Shown here piece by piece: positions 32,232-34,003 of a DNA stretch of 34,003 nt. The stretch's first letter is position 1; each line of letters opens with the position of its first letter. The DNA lies in IMG/VR virus record IMGVR_UViG_3300037419_001409, positions 1 through 34,003 of that record. The stretch is one strand, 5' to 3'. The notes under the pieces were generated by a model, which had not been told where the DNA came from, ran no database searches, and saw only the letters and a list, made by a program, of their open reading frames with translations. This DNA is from a virus (lineage: Duplodnaviria > Caudoviricetes). Both the position numbers and the translations under genes were made by a program.

Positions 32232-34003
32232 TCAAGTCCGCTCAGCAGGAGCCATCGTCCGCCCGCGGCTCAGGACAACATCCTTGAACAGGTTTCCAGA
32301 GGCTGAAGTGCGGACGTTCGTCTCTGGCCCAGGCTTGTGGACCTGCACGTAAACGCTGCCGTTTGCCTCAACCTTCTGGCCGCCCACGACCCCCGCGCGA
32401 GCGGCGGATGCGTCCAGTCGACCCTCATTCTGTTGCATCTGCGCGTCGAAGGCTTTCCGAGCCTTTTCCCGCGCCGCCCAGCCCTCGCCGTCCGCGGCCG
32501 AGTTGCTGGCATCAGCGCGCGGCATAGACGCAACCCGCCGACTAGCGACGACATCATCGCTATAGGGCGCATATGGACCGTTAGGCGCCCCGGCTACAAA
32601 GCCATAGCGGTTGCCGCCAACGTTCGGGCCGATCTGGGAGGTGCGAGCCCAAGTCCTGTTCCGGCCTTCGCCGCGGTAATAGCTCTCGGCACGATATGAG
32701 TTGGATCCGCCAGTGTTATCCGGGACCCCGCCCGATGCGATGGCTCGGATGCGAGAGCGAATGAACTCGGTCTCGCTGGCTGAAGCGGGCCGATTTCCGG
32801 CATACTGACCACGAGCCAGCGCAACGTCGCGGAGGTTGGAACTCGGCCCCCAGCTTTTCGTGCCGATCCGGTTCATCATATTGTTGATGACCGCGTCGAC
32901 TCCTTCGGGGCTACGGGTGCTGACTTCGCCAGCGATTTTGTTCACCACGCGCTGGTCAAGATCAGCATCGCTGAGCTTGTATTCAGGGCGATAGATGCCG
33001 GGTCCTTCAGGCGCCCGAGCGTTGGTACGTCCCGCAGGCCCTTGCCCGATCCCAGGCAGGCGCCCGGCACTGCCCATTTCCGGCACCTTGGCGCCCGGCG
33101 CAAGCGGCACCGTATCCCCACCGGTATAGCCCGGCACGGTTCGCTTCAGATGCTCGCGGAACTGCTCCCGAGCGGCATCGCGCTCGCCCTGCTCTCCGAC
33201 ATAGCCGGGGCCAGAACCGCCGCCCGGCAAGTTTGCGCCAGTCCCGCGGCTGCTATAGCGACGGAACCCGCCCCCACCGAACGCAGCCGACTGGACGCGC
33301 GCACCCGCAAATGGGCCATCGTCGCCCTCGGCGGACGAGTTCTGCTTCGTCGCGCCGTCGCGTCGGTTCTTCATCTCATCCGTCAGGCCCTCAATGGACC
33401 GACGCAGCTTCTCGCTGGCCTCGAAATCCTTCTGGCGCTGCTCGGGCGTGCGAGCCTTGAGGCGGTTCAATTCTGCCTCGGCCGCGTCAAGCTTGCGCTG
33501 CGCAGCCTCCGGGGTGTCCATCAGCCCCATACGCTGCTGTGTGCGGCCGATCAGAAAACCGGACGCCTCCTTCGACATGTCTCTCAGTTTGCGAAGGCGC
33601 TCAACATTCTCCTCAGCATCGATTTGGTCGTCGCCAACACGAGGGGCAAGCTTGCGCGCGAGAGGGCCTTGAGCGCCATCCGCGCTGCGTAGGGCCTGCA
33701 CATATTCGCCATCACGCAGATAGTGGATAGTTTCAGCAATTTCATGAAACGCTTTGGCCATCGTTCCGGCCAAGGCGGTGCTCTCTCGCAGAAAAGCAGT
33801 GGCGTCATCGCCCGCCTGCTTCCAATTAATCTCGCCGAGTTCCTTCTTTACATCCTGGAGACCTTGACGAAGCCCTTTCATCAGGTCGCCTCGCTTGCCG
33901 GAAGCTATGTCGTCCAGCCATGTAGCAAATTCCTCGGCTGGCCCCATCAACTCGGAAGCGATTACTGTCCCAATTTTAGACATGGACGAGCGCAGATCAC
34001 TCA
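32232..34003 (-). CDS. Tail tape measure protein, 3' part, with SleB/Hydrolase_2-like domain (5'-truncated by window)
   Basis: Frame is open to the window edge; helical region, then IAGEV....G..AV...MMNR...W....V.LA.GQY...DNTGG; upstream of gpN. Confidence 0.85.
   Translation of the reverse strand, partial: SDLRSSMSKIGTVIASELMGPAEEFATWLDDIASGKRGDLMKGLRQGLQDVKKELGEINWKQAGDDATAFLRESTALAGTMAKAFHEIAETIHYLRDGEYVQALRSADGAQGPLARKLAPRVGDDQIDAEENVERLRKLRDMSKEASGFLIGRTQQRMGLMDTPEAAQRKLDAAEAELNRLKARTPEQRQKDFEASEKLRRSIEGLTDEMKNRRDGATKQNSSAEGDDGPFAGARVQSAAFGGGGFRRYSSRGTGANLPGGGSGPGYVGEQGERDAAREQFREHLKRTVPGYTGGDTVPLAPGAKVPEMGSAGRLPGIGQGPAGRTNARAPEGPGIYRPEYKLSDADLDQRVVNKIAGEVSTRSPEGVDAVINNMMNRIGTKSWGPSSNLRDVALARGQYAGNRPASASETEFIRSRIRAIASGGVPDNTGGSNSYRAESYYRGEGRNRTWARTSQIGPNVGGNRYGFVAGAPNGPYAPYSDDVVASRRVASMPRADASNSAADGEGWAAREKARKAFDAQMQQNEGRLDASAARAGVVGGQKVEANGSVYVQVHKPGPETNVRTSASGNLFKDVVLSRGRTMAPAERT

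Larger units (their letters stand above)
1..34003. mobile_element. Temperate phage genome segment (myovirus with Mu-like baseplate), apparently in attP (unintegrated) configuration
   Basis: Continuous phage gene content: recombination, xis/int, attP, lysis, tail and baseplate. No recognisable host housekeeping genes. Confidence 0.95.

Overview
The whole window is part of a temperate phage of a high-GC alphaproteobacterium (gene families suggest Hyphomicrobiales, possibly Methylobacterium-like; this is inference). Region 1-5.8 kb (+) holds early recombination genes (Gp157-like, probable SSAP, NinB), a multi-HTH regulator, a GIY-YIG nuclease, excisionase and a tyrosine integrase. An apparently intact attP follows (about 5729-5947). 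Its core is the 5' half of a tRNA(CAU), probably Ile2, with arm repeats on both sides and phage genes on both flanks, so this looks like the unintegrated form. Region 6-15.8 kb is an accessory zone of small genes. Region 15.8-34 kb (mostly -) holds lysis genes (DUF3380 endolysin), a HigBA module, tail-fibre/esterase genes, a Mu-like baseplate (gp48, gp47, gp46, gp45, gp44, split gpN) and the 3' part of the tape measure gene. The most notable signal is in 8.0-14.4 kb, where nearly every gene boundary carries a site with tyrosine-recombinase geometry. Family 1 is six ~28-bp 11-6-11 imperfect palindromes (TGTCGG-N5-CGGYCG-N5-CCGACA). Family 2 is seven ATGGCGGA-N7-(TCCGCCAT)-type cores related to a tRNA-Ser 3' end. 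Two pairs of family-2 cores, with GTTGGGG arm repeats and an IHF-like box at matching spacing, delimit twin ~0.5-0.6 kb attL-cargo-attR mini-elements. This suggests a phage-borne, integron-like gene-cassette array. The motifs are seen directly in the sequence; the function is inferred.
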